DNA from: Gemmatimonadota bacterium
Lineage (GTDB): Bacteria; Gemmatimonadota; Gemmatimonadetes; Palauibacterales; Palauibacteraceae
DNA length: 64,000 nt
Direction of reading: 5' to 3'
Assembly: GCA_965116475.1 (NCBI GenBank)
Contig: OZ220691.1
Location: forward strand, 736,001 to 800,000
Shown here: positions 9,558 through 18,222 of the stretch, in pieces
How positions within the stretch are numbered: position 1 is the stretch's first letter
Layout: every line of letters begins with the position of its first letter
The notes under the pieces: generated by a model
What the model was told of the DNA's origin: nothing
Databases searched by the model: none
The model's input: the letters and a program-made list of their open reading frames with translations, nothing else
Program-made: the position numbers and the translations under genes

Positions 9558-9696
9558 TAATACGGCCCCTCACAGCCCTCCATGCACTCGTCGAGGTGGG
9601 CCTGTGCCTCGGCCATGGCATCGTCGTGCGAAGCCCCTTGGATTTCCATCCAGTCGTTGTAAGTCCGGGAAGCCTCTAGAGAGCATCTTGCGTTGG
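9557..9696 (-). pseudogene. Short Cys-containing acidic peptide ORF or 3' remnant of a small protein gene
   Basis: Frame reads NARCSLEASRTYNDWMEIQGASHDDAMAEAQAHLDECMEGCEGPY*; its TAG overlaps the propeller GTG (TAGTG). The first in-frame ATG in this interval, at 9649, gives 30 aa. Confidence 0.4.
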
Positions 9697-9924
9697 TCAG
9701 CGATCCGGGTCGTGGTCCCCGCTGCGGCGACGGCGGCGGGCCTCGAGGCGGCGGCGGAGGAGGGGGCTCACGAGGCCCGACGTCGTGCCGCCGATGAGGG
9801 CGAGGATGCCGACGGGGCCGGGGTTCGAGAACATCGGGGCGCTGATCTGCGTGTTCATCCACATCCCGAGCGCCGCAAACACGACCGCGCCGACGACGAA
9901 GCCGAGCCAGGTGAGCCGGATCAC
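9697..9924 (-). CDS. Small two-TM membrane protein, unknown function
   Basis: 75 aa, two hydrophobic segments and an Arg-rich tail; same strand as neighbours. Confidence 0.6.
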   Translation of the reverse strand: MIRLTWLGFVVGAVVFAALGMWMNTQISAPMFSNPGPVGILALIGGTTSGLVSPLLRRRLEARRRRRSGDHDPDR

Positions 9925-9964
9925 GGGGCGGTGCGCCGAATCAGGGGGGCCGTGCGCCGGGCCG

Positions 9965-10492
9965 CTATGAGCCGCCGTCCCCGTTGCCGCCGCCGGGGAG
10001 GCCGACGGTGGCGATGCACTCGATCTCGACGCGCGCGTTCAGCACCAGGCCGCCGACCGCGAGCGCGCTGCGGGCGGGCCGGTGGTTGGGGAAGAACTCC
10101 ATGTACGTGCGGCTCATGTCCCGGAAATCCGCGATGTCGGCCAGGAAGACGGTGCACTTCACGACCTCGTCCAGCGACGAGCCGTAGAGTTCGAGTGTTT
10201 CGGCGATGTTCCGCATCGTCTGCTGCGTCTCGGGGATGATCCCGCCCTCGACCAGTCCCTCGCCGGGCACGGTGCCGAGCTTGCCGGAGAGGTAGAGGAC
10301 GTTCCCCACGCGGACGGCCTGGGAGAAGGGCGAGCCGGGCCGTCCGCCCAGGTACTCGACGGAGTGCATCATCTCGGCCATCTCGGCGTGTTCCTGCGCC
10401 GCGAGCGGCGTCGCGGGGGCGAGGGCGGTCGCGAGCAGCGCGAGAGCCGCGGCGAGCGCCAGAGCCGTGGCGGAAAGCTGTTTCCTTGTCAT
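9965..10492 (-). CDS. RidA/YjgF family protein with N-terminal signal peptide
   Basis: PFSQAVRVGNVLYLSG, VVKCTVFLAD, RPARSA, VEIECIA; GGAGGAG before ATG 10492; Ala-rich signal peptide. Confidence 0.88.
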   Translation of the reverse strand: MTRKQLSATALALAAALALLATALAPATPLAAQEHAEMAEMMHSVEYLGGRPGSPFSQAVRVGNVLYLSGKLGTVPGEGLVEGGIIPETQQTMRNIAETLELYGSSLDEVVKCTVFLADIADFRDMSRTYMEFFPNHRPARSALAVGGLVLNARVEIECIATVGLPGGGNGDGGS

Positions 10493-10506
10493 TTCTCCTC
10501 CTTCGA

Positions 10507-11808
10507 TCATGGCGTGATGCGGGTCATCATGCGGGGGAACGCGATCGTCTCGCGCAGGTGGTCGATCCCGCACATCCACGTCACGGTGCGTTCGACGCCC
10601 AGTCCGAATCCGCTGTGTGTGAAGGTCCCGTATTTTCGGAGATCCAGGTACCAGTCGTAGGAAGCCTCCGGGAGCCCTTCCTCGCGGATGCGCGCGAGGA
10701 GCCTGTCGTGGTCGTCCTCCCGCTGGCTGCCGCCGATCACCTCGCCGTATCCCTCGGGCGCGAGCATGTCGTTGCACTTCACCGTGCGGGGATCCTCCGG
10801 GTTCTCCTTCATGTAGAAGGCCTTGACCCCCTTGGGATAGTCGAACACGAAGAGCGGCTTGTCCCGGCCCTCGACGAGCAGCGTCTCGGCCGTCGCGCCG
10901 AGGTCCGAACCCCATTCGATGTCGCTCCCCTTCGACTGCAGGAAGGCGACGGCGTCGGTGTAGCTCATGCGGTCGAACGGCGGCTGGATGGCCTCGAGTC
11001 TGGAGATGTCGCGGCCCAGCGCCTCGAGCTGATCGCGCTGGTTGTAGAGGACGCGCTTCACGATCCAGCAGACGAAGCGCTCCTGCAGCTCCATGTTCCC
11101 GTCGGAGTCGATCCAGGCGGCTTCGGGTTCCACCATCCAGAACTCGGTCAGGTGCCGGCGCGTCTTCGATTTCTCGGCCCGGAAGGTGGGGCCGAAGCAG
11201 TAGACCTTGCCGAGCGCCGCGGCCGCGGCCTCCACGTAGAGCTGCCCCGTCTGTGCGAGGTAGGCGGTGCCGAGATCGAAGTACTCCGTCTCGAACAGGG
11301 TGCCCGCCGACTCGCCGATGGCGCCGGTGAGGATGGGCGTGTCGACGTGAACGAAGCCCTCGTGGTGGAGGAAGTCGTGGATCGCGCGGATGACTTCGTC
11401 GCGGATGCGCATGATCGCGATCTGTCGGGCGCTCCTGAGCCAGAGGTGGCGGTTCTCGAGGAGGAAATCGACGCCGTGTTCCTTGGGCTGGATCGGGAAG
11501 TCGATCGACGGCCCCAGCACCTCGAAGCCCGACGCGGTGAGTTCGACGCCGGAGGGGGCGCGGGCATCGGCGCGCACCACTCCCGTCACGGCGACGCACG
11601 CCTCGTGCCCCACCGCGGTCAGCGGTTCCCACATCTCGGGCGGGACTTCGTTGCGGACGAAGACGCACTGGACCTCGTCCGTGCCGTCGCGCAGCACGAG
11701 AAAGGAGATCTTGCCGCTGGAGCGGAGGCGCCGGACCCAGCCGCGGAGACGGACTTCGTCCCCGATGCGGGCGGGCAGATCGCTTATGGTGACGGTGTGT
11801 TCGGACAT
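10507..11808 (-). CDS. asnS: Asparagine--tRNA ligase
   Basis: OB-fold GWV, YLAQTGQLY, FRAEKSKTRRHLTEFWMVE, KAFYMK, HSGFGLGVER. Confidence 0.95.
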   Translation of the reverse strand: MSEHTVTISDLPARIGDEVRLRGWVRRLRSSGKISFLVLRDGTDEVQCVFVRNEVPPEMWEPLTAVGHEACVAVTGVVRADARAPSGVELTASGFEVLGPSIDFPIQPKEHGVDFLLENRHLWLRSARQIAIMRIRDEVIRAIHDFLHHEGFVHVDTPILTGAIGESAGTLFETEYFDLGTAYLAQTGQLYVEAAAAALGKVYCFGPTFRAEKSKTRRHLTEFWMVEPEAAWIDSDGNMELQERFVCWIVKRVLYNQRDQLEALGRDISRLEAIQPPFDRMSYTDAVAFLQSKGSDIEWGSDLGATAETLLVEGRDKPLFVFDYPKGVKAFYMKENPEDPRTVKCNDMLAPEGYGEVIGGSQREDDHDRLLARIREEGLPEASYDWYLDLRKYGTFTHSGFGLGVERTVTWMCGIDHLRETIAFPRMMTRITP

Positions 11809-11857
11809 GGCGGCGACAAGTTGCGGCTCGCTTCGGGACGGGGCAAACACGGCCGGG

Positions 11858-13987
11858 TCAGCCTACATGGTAGAGCGCCTCGCGCCGGGCGTAGCGGAGA
11901 TCGAGTTCGTGGCGGAACCGGCGGTGGACCGGCTTCGAAAGCCCGGGGTCCGCGTCGACGATGGCGCGGGCCCGCCGGCGCGCGGCTTCCAGCAGGTCGA
12001 AGTCGCGGTCCAGCTGCGCGAACTTCAGGAGGACGGCGCCGTGCTGCTCCTTGCCGAAGAGGTCGCCCTGGCCGCGGATCCGGAGGTCTTCCTCGGCGAG
12101 TTCGAAGCCGTCGGTCTTCTGCTCGAAGGCGATGAGCCGCTCCGACGGTGTCTCGGAGGTGTGGAAGACGATGCAGTAGGACTGCTCGGCGCCCCGCCCG
12201 ACGCGTCCCCGCAGCTGATGGAGCTGGGCGAGGCCGAAACGCTCGGCGTCCTCGATGATCATCACGGTCGCGTTGGGGACGTCGATGCCCACCTCGATGA
12301 CGGTGGTCGCGACGAGGAGGCCGGTGTCGCCCGCGAGGAAGCTCCGCATCGTCTCGTCCTTCTCCGCGGAGGAGAGGCGGCCGTGCAGGAGCCGCACGGC
12401 GACGTCGGGGAAACGGGCCTCGAGCTGCTCGAACATGACCGTGGCGGCGCGCGCCTCGAGGGCCTCGGACTCCTCGACGAGAGGGTAGATGACGTACGCC
12501 TGGCGGCCCGCCGCGAGCTGGTCGCCGAGGAAGTCGAACGCGGCATCGCGGCTCTCGGGGCCGCGCACGGCGGTCCGGATCGGCCGGCGGCCGGGGGGCA
12601 GTTCGTCGATGATCGAGAGGTCGAGGTCGCCGTAGAGGACGAGGGCGAGGCTGCGCGGGATCGGCGTCGCCGACATCACGAGGGCGTCCGGGGCCTCGCC
12701 GCTCTCCCGGAGCCGGCGGCGCTGTTCGACGCCGAAGCGGTGCTGTTCGTCGATGACGACGAGCCCCGGGGCCGCGAAGTCGACGCCTGCCTGGATCAGG
12801 GCGTGCGTCCCGACGACGAGACGGGCGTCGCCGGCCGCGATCCCCTCCAGGGCCTGCCGTCGCGCCTTCCCGGTGACGGCGCCGGTCAGGAGCACGGGCT
12901 CCACGCCGAGCGGGCCGAGCATCTCCTCGAAGGTGCGGCGGTGCTGCTCCGCCAGCAGTTCCGTCGGGGCCATGATCGCCGCCTGCCTGCCCGCTTCGAT
13001 CGCCTTGAGCATGGCGAGCGCGGCCACGACCGTCTTCCCGCTCCCGACATCCCCCTGCAGCAGTCGGTTCATCGGCGACGGCCGGGCCATGTCGGCCTCG
13101 ATCTCGGACCAGGCGCGGCGCTGGGCCGCGGTGAGTTCGAAGGGGAGGGCCTTCAGGAGCGAGCGGGTGAGCGCGGGCGGGCTGTCGAAGGCGATGCCGC
13201 GGACCTCGTGGCGGAGACGCGCCCGGGCTCGGGCGTGGAGAAGCTGGAGGAAGAAGAGTTCCTCGAAGGCGAGGCGCCGCTGGCAGGGCTCCACCCGGGC
13301 GACGGCGGGGGGACGATGCAGCGTGCGCAGCGCCTCGGCGAGCGGGGGAAGGGAGAGTTCCCCGAGCCAGTCGTCCGGAATCGGATCCTCGTCCCCGAGG
13401 TCGGAGAGGAGACGGGCGAGGTTCAGGTGGATGACGGCGCGGATCTGCCGGTGCGTGAGCCCTTCGGTGGCCGGATAGACGGGGAACACGCGCCCCGCGG
13501 CGGGCCGCTCCCCGGAGGGCGCGGAGCGTTCGGCGGGCCTCTCTCCGGAGTCCCCTCGCTCGTCGGAGGCGCGGGACAGCACGATGTGCTCGCGCGGCTG
13601 GAGTTGCCGGCCGTGATAGAAGCGCACGGGACCCGAGGCGAGCAGCAGGTCGCCCTTGTCGATCGTGCGGTCGAGCCACGGGCGCCCCGGCCAGGCGCAC
13701 TCGATGTGGCCGCTGTCGTCGCGGAGCACGGCCCGGAAGACGCGCAGCCGGCGGCGCGTGGGGATGACGCCCTTCGAGACGACGCGCCCAATGACCGTCG
13801 CGTCCTGGCCGACCTTCAACCCGGAGATCGCGTCGACCGTGGTCGCGTCTTCATACCGGTACGGAAGGTGGTAGAGCAGGTCCTGCCCCGTGTGAACGTC
13901 GAGTTTCGCGAAGCGCTCCGCCCGCCGGGGGCCCACGCCCTTCAGGTACTGCACGGATCCCCGCAGGATGGAGCGCCCCGCCGTCAC
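11858..13987 (-). CDS. recG: ATP-dependent DNA helicase RecG
   Basis: LKGVGP, RLLQGDVGSGKT, DEQHRFG, MSATPIPR, QLHQLRGRVGRG. Confidence 0.96.
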   Translation of the reverse strand: MTAGRSILRGSVQYLKGVGPRRAERFAKLDVHTGQDLLYHLPYRYEDATTVDAISGLKVGQDATVIGRVVSKGVIPTRRRLRVFRAVLRDDSGHIECAWPGRPWLDRTIDKGDLLLASGPVRFYHGRQLQPREHIVLSRASDERGDSGERPAERSAPSGERPAAGRVFPVYPATEGLTHRQIRAVIHLNLARLLSDLGDEDPIPDDWLGELSLPPLAEALRTLHRPPAVARVEPCQRRLAFEELFFLQLLHARARARLRHEVRGIAFDSPPALTRSLLKALPFELTAAQRRAWSEIEADMARPSPMNRLLQGDVGSGKTVVAALAMLKAIEAGRQAAIMAPTELLAEQHRRTFEEMLGPLGVEPVLLTGAVTGKARRQALEGIAAGDARLVVGTHALIQAGVDFAAPGLVVIDEQHRFGVEQRRRLRESGEAPDALVMSATPIPRSLALVLYGDLDLSIIDELPPGRRPIRTAVRGPESRDAAFDFLGDQLAAGRQAYVIYPLVEESEALEARAATVMFEQLEARFPDVAVRLLHGRLSSAEKDETMRSFLAGDTGLLVATTVIEVGIDVPNATVMIIEDAERFGLAQLHQLRGRVGRGAEQSYCIVFHTSETPSERLIAFEQKTDGFELAEEDLRIRGQGDLFGKEQHGAVLLKFAQLDRDFDLLEAARRRARAIVDADPGLSKPVHRRFRHELDLRYARREALYHVG

Positions 13988-13991
13988 CGGA

Positions 13992-14930
13992 TCACGGCTC
14001 CGGGGCGAGAATCTTGTCGAGATACCGGTCGGGCGAGAACGCCTCGAGGTCCTCCGGTGACTCCCCCACGCCGAGGAAGCGAACCGGCACGGAGAGTTCG
14101 CGCACGACGGAGACGACGGTGCCGGCGCGCGCCGTGCTGTCGAACTTCGCGAGCACGAGGCCCGTGAGGTCGAGCGACGTCCCGAACTGTCGCGCCTGGT
14201 TCATCACGTTCTGTCCGGAGGTGGCATCGACGACCAGCAGCCGCTCGTACGGCGCGCCCTCGACCTGTCGGCCGAGCACTCGATCGATCTTGACCAGTTC
14301 GCGCATCAGATCGTCCTGCGTATGGAGCCGGCCGGCCGTGTCGACCAGCACCCAGGCGGCATCCCGCGCGCGCGCCGCGGCCACCGCGTCGAACGCCACC
14401 GAGGCCGGGTCCGCTCCGGGCGTTCCCCCGACGAAATCGGTCTGCAGCCGCTCCGCCCACGCCCGGAGCTGCTCCTGCGCCCCCGCCCGGAACGTGTCCG
14501 CCGCCGCGAGCAGCACGCGGTCGCCTCCGGCCTGCAGGCGCGCGGCGAGCTTCGCCGCGGTCGTCGTCTTCCCCACCCCGTTCACGCCCACGAGAAGGAG
14601 GACCCCCGGGACCCCCGGCCCGTCGCCGCGCGAAGGCGCGTCGGCGGACGACGACCCCGCGGCGGCCAGGGTCTCGGCGAGCCGGGCCCTCAGCGTGTCG
14701 CGCAGGTCGGCTTCCGTCGCGATGGCGCCGCGGCTCGCCGCCCGCTCCAGCGTCTCGACGAGTTCGAGCGTGGTGTCGACTCCGAAGTCCGCTTCGAGCA
14801 GGACCTCCTCCAGGCGCTCGATGGCGCCGCCGTCGAGCCCGCCGTCGACGAGCGTGTTCACGTCGGTCAGCGCGAAGTCGACGATCCGCCGCCACAGGCC
14901 GCGTTTCGGGCGGCGGAGCGTGCCGGTCAC
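13992..14930 (-). CDS. ftsY: Signal recognition particle receptor FtsY (NG domain, no long acidic domain)
   Basis: GVNGVGKTTT, DTFRAGA, DTAGRL; GTG start overlaps the upstream stop. Confidence 0.93.
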   Translation of the reverse strand: MTGTLRRPKRGLWRRIVDFALTDVNTLVDGGLDGGAIERLEEVLLEADFGVDTTLELVETLERAASRGAIATEADLRDTLRARLAETLAAAGSSSADAPSRGDGPGVPGVLLLVGVNGVGKTTTAAKLAARLQAGGDRVLLAAADTFRAGAQEQLRAWAERLQTDFVGGTPGADPASVAFDAVAAARARDAAWVLVDTAGRLHTQDDLMRELVKIDRVLGRQVEGAPYERLLVVDATSGQNVMNQARQFGTSLDLTGLVLAKFDSTARAGTVVSVVRELSVPVRFLGVGESPEDLEAFSPDRYLDKILAPEP

Positions 14931-16900
14931 CGGAGTCCGATCCGGTGCCGCCACACCCACTCCCCGCACAGCAGCAGCACGGCGAGCAGGAACGGCCACA
15001 CGGGCCGGGGTGACCGGACTTCGACCGGCGCTCGAGAGGAGGGCTGGGCACCGATGGCCAGCGGTTCGGACGGCGGCCCGGGGAGAAACTCGCGGGGATC
15101 GGGTTCGACATCGACGGGCCGGCGGAGTTCGACGGGTCCCTCGGGACCGGTCGCCGTCACGAGCACCTCGTAGCGGCCCGCGGGGAGACCGGCGCCCACG
15201 ACCTCGGCCGGAGGATCCGCGATGGACTCGCTCCAGACCTCCGCGCCCGCCTCATCGAGCACCTGGATCGTGAGATCGGAAGATCCGGGACGGATGCGCC
15301 ACACCGGCGGCTCACCGGGCGCCGGCGGCCGCACGAGCGAGGCGAGCCGGGGCGTCGCGTCCTCGACGAGCCAGCCGACGATGCCGCTGAACACGCCCTC
15401 GTAGACTCTGCGCGGCTCGTTCCCCCGCAGCGACCAGCGCCACCAGTCGGAGGCCGCGGCCAGCGCCCACCTGCGCGTCCCGTCTTCGCCCGCCGTGAGG
15501 AGCGGCCGTCCCTCTCCGCGCCGGTTCCGGCTCGCGTCGATCACCGACCACGTCCCCGCGGGCTCCACGGCGTAGAGTTCGCGAACGGGGGGCAGGAGAT
15601 CCAGATCGGCCTCGGCGAGGAGCGCCGCCGAGGGGCTCGCGGGCACCGGCCCGCCGGGGTACCACTCGCCGGGCAGGGGACCCGTCAGGCGCATCCCCAC
15701 GCCCGGCACATCACCCGGCCCTCCGGCGAAGAAGAGCGTCCGCGCGTGCGTCCTCAGCGCGCCGGCCAGCCAGGGCGGGAGGTCGTCCGGCGCGGCCTGG
15801 ACCGCCAGCAGCCTCGCGCCCCGTACCGCTTCGCGTACCCGGGCGGCTTCGACCACGCGAGGACCCGCGCCCATCTCGAGAAAACGGTCGTCGGCCAGGC
15901 GCAGATAGCCGCGCGCGCCTCCCAGCACGAGCCGGTCGAGGGCAGGCACGAGGAAACGCGCTTCCCAGTCGGGCGCCAGCGACACGAGCACGGCCCCGGC
16001 GGAGGACTCCGAGACCTCGATCCAGGCGCCCGTCCGGCCGGAGACGCCGAACGGGTCCGGCGGATCGGTGAGCACCGCTTCGTAGCGTCGCCAAACGGGC
16101 CCGGCGCCTTCGTCGCGGGGCACGAAGGCGATTTGAGCGCGGCCCGTCCGCCCGGGAGCCGGGCGGGGCGCGCGCACGGTCGCGACGACCGTTCCTTCCC
16201 GCTCGAGCTCGAAGCTCACGCTGTCGGGCAGTCCGCCCCCGCCGCCCGGGCCCCCGCCAGCGTGAAACTCGAGGGTGGCGCGGACGGTATCGCCGGCCCG
16301 GGCCCGCTCCGGCGCCCGCAGCGCCGCGAGCGCTACGCGGGGTCCGATGGCGGCGACGCGGAGTTCGCGCACGCCGAGCCCCAGACCCGCAGCCGTCTCA
16401 CGGGCGGCGTCGCGGTCCGTCCACTCACCGTCGGTGAGCACCCAGACGCTGTCGGCCCCGCCGAGCCGCGCGGCCTGCAGGGCCGGCTCGAGCCGGCTCG
16501 CATCGTGCGTCGCGCCGAGCGCGTCCAGCGCGTCGAGCGAATCGAGCCGGGCGGGGACGGGGCGGTCGCCGAACAGGTAGACCCGGTCGGGGGCGAGTCC
16601 GGGAAGAAGGGCCAGGGCGGAGTCGAGCCGCGTCGCCCGCGTCGCCCCACCGGCATCTCCGGCGCGGACCGGCAGCGTCATGCTGCGCGAGATGTCGAGG
16701 AGCACGACGCGTTCGGGCGCCCCGACGCCACTGTCGCGCAACGCGGGCAGCGCGAGCGCGCCGAGAATCAGGAAGACGGCCGTCGCACGAACGGCGGCGG
16801 GACCGGCGCGCCCCGCGACGCGCTCCTCGCGCGCGCCGTAGGCCCAGCCGGCGATCGCGACCGCGCCAAGCGCGACCAGAAACCAGAGGCCCGGGCTCAA
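14927..16900 (-). CDS. Membrane-anchored protein with vWA-like (MIDAS) domain
   Basis: N-terminal TMs, LLDISRSM (DxSxS), VLTDG, C-terminal LLCGEWVWRHR TM; TTG start overlaps the M23 stop. Confidence 0.7.
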   Translation of the reverse strand: MSPGLWFLVALGAVAIAGWAYGAREERVAGRAGPAAVRATAVFLILGALALPALRDSGVGAPERVVLLDISRSMTLPVRAGDAGGATRATRLDSALALLPGLAPDRVYLFGDRPVPARLDSLDALDALGATHDASRLEPALQAARLGGADSVWVLTDGEWTDRDAARETAAGLGLGVRELRVAAIGPRVALAALRAPERARAGDTVRATLEFHAGGGPGGGGGLPDSVSFELEREGTVVATVRAPRPAPGRTGRAQIAFVPRDEGAGPVWRRYEAVLTDPPDPFGVSGRTGAWIEVSESSAGAVLVSLAPDWEARFLVPALDRLVLGGARGYLRLADDRFLEMGAGPRVVEAARVREAVRGARLLAVQAAPDDLPPWLAGALRTHARTLFFAGGPGDVPGVGMRLTGPLPGEWYPGGPVPASPSAALLAEADLDLLPPVRELYAVEPAGTWSVIDASRNRRGEGRPLLTAGEDGTRRWALAAASDWWRWSLRGNEPRRVYEGVFSGIVGWLVEDATPRLASLVRPPAPGEPPVWRIRPGSSDLTIQVLDEAGAEVWSESIADPPAEVVGAGLPAGRYEVLVTATGPEGPVELRRPVDVEPDPREFLPGPPSEPLAIGAQPSSRAPVEVRSPRPVWPFLLAVLLLCGEWVWRHRIGLR

Positions 16901-18177
16901 TCCTGGGTGCGGCGAGCGCGCTGCGTGGGATCGATCGGCATCGCAAGGCTTCGCAGCCGCGACAGCACGGCGTGCCGAAGCGTCGCAAACCGCTCGCGCA
17001 ACTCGGCGGGGACCGGCTCGGCCCTGGGCAACTGCAGACGCGCCGGGTTCACCTGCGCGCCATTGCGGAGAAACTCGTAGTGAAGGTGAGGCGCGGTCGC
17101 GAGACCGGTGTCGCCCACGTACCCGATGACCTGCCCCTGTTCGACCTGCGTCCCGGCCGCGACGCCGCGCGCGACGTTGGTCAGGTGCGCATACCGCGTG
17201 CGGATATTGTTCGCATGGCGAATCTCGACGGCATTCCCGTAGTTCCCCCACCACCCTGCCCGGCTCACGCGTCCGGCGCCCGTCGCGCGCACGGGCGTGC
17301 CCCTCACCGCCCCGTAGTCGACGCCGAGGTGCGGTCGGGTACGCCGGAGCACCGGGTGGAACCGCCTGAGGTTGAAGCCGCTCGTCACGCGGACGATGTC
17401 CAGAGGCGCAAGCAGGAACTGGCCCCGGAGGGCTTCGCCCGCTTCGTCGTAGTACTCCACGCGCTCGGCCGCGGCATGCTCGAATCGCACCCCGGTGAGG
17501 ACCCGCCGGTCGTTACGGAAGTCCGCGGCCAGTACCCTGGCGTCCCGCACGGATCCGTCCGGCCGCACTTCGCGCTCGATGAGAAGCCGGTATGCATCGT
17601 TCCGTCGCAGATCGCGCCAGAAGTCGATCTGCCATGCGAAGACCTGCGAGAGCCGGTACGCCACGTCGAAGCGTTCCGCGTCGCCCAGCGTCTCCACGTC
17701 GCCCGACAACTCCGCGTCGAACAGGTTCGACCGGATGAGGCCGGCGAGGAGGAGCGTGTCTCTTACGACCTGTACCGAATCCAGCCGGGCCGACCACAGC
17801 GGCGCGGCTTCGCCGTTGGACCAGAGATGGAGCATGCGGTCGGCGTCGAGGTCGACGCGGATGCGCGCCGGAGACTCGCCCGGCCTGCGCACGAAATGGA
17901 TCGCGACGCCGGGCCGCAGCCGGCGCGGACTCTCGAATTCGCCCATCGCCTCCGCGATCGCGTGCGTCGCGGCGGGACCCAGGCCGTGGTCCTCGAACAC
18001 ATCCCCCAGCGTCTCGCCCCGCCGCAGACGATGCACGAGCGAGACGGGCGCCGGCGGCGTCGGCACGTCGACAACCTTGACGTCGGGCCGCTCGGCCCGG
18101 GAGCCGAACACGGCCCAGCCGAGGATCAGAATCCCGGCAAGGGCGAACCCAACCGCAATAGAGAGTCTTGTTCTCAA
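16897..18177 (-). CDS. M23 family peptidoglycan DD-endopeptidase (MepM-like)
   Basis: N-terminal TM, RFHPVL, HLGVDY (HxxxD), YAHL, PHLHYE (HxH). Confidence 0.92.
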   Translation of the reverse strand: MRTRLSIAVGFALAGILILGWAVFGSRAERPDVKVVDVPTPPAPVSLVHRLRRGETLGDVFEDHGLGPAATHAIAEAMGEFESPRRLRPGVAIHFVRRPGESPARIRVDLDADRMLHLWSNGEAAPLWSARLDSVQVVRDTLLLAGLIRSNLFDAELSGDVETLGDAERFDVAYRLSQVFAWQIDFWRDLRRNDAYRLLIEREVRPDGSVRDARVLAADFRNDRRVLTGVRFEHAAAERVEYYDEAGEALRGQFLLAPLDIVRVTSGFNLRRFHPVLRRTRPHLGVDYGAVRGTPVRATGAGRVSRAGWWGNYGNAVEIRHANNIRTRYAHLTNVARGVAAGTQVEQGQVIGYVGDTGLATAPHLHYEFLRNGAQVNPARLQLPRAEPVPAELRERFATLRHAVLSRLRSLAMPIDPTQRARRTQD

Positions 18178-18180
18178 ACG

Positions 18181-18222
18181 CTCAGTCCACCTGTCTCAGT
18201 CCACCTGTGTCAGTCCATCTGC
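18181..18222. repeat. 14-bp tandem repeat x3 covering the ftsZ stop codon
   Basis: ctcagtccacctgt ctcagtccacctgt gtcagtccatctgc. Confidence 0.9.

Noticed and set aside
9965..11668. 567-aa ORF suggesting a RidA fusion
   Set aside because: The N-terminal part is an alternative frame of asnS; RidA has its own SD and ATG at 10492.
18181..18222. Short direct repeats (also 53611-53640, 54321-54360) as CRISPR remnants
   Set aside because: Units of 10-14 bp with no spacers and no cas genes.
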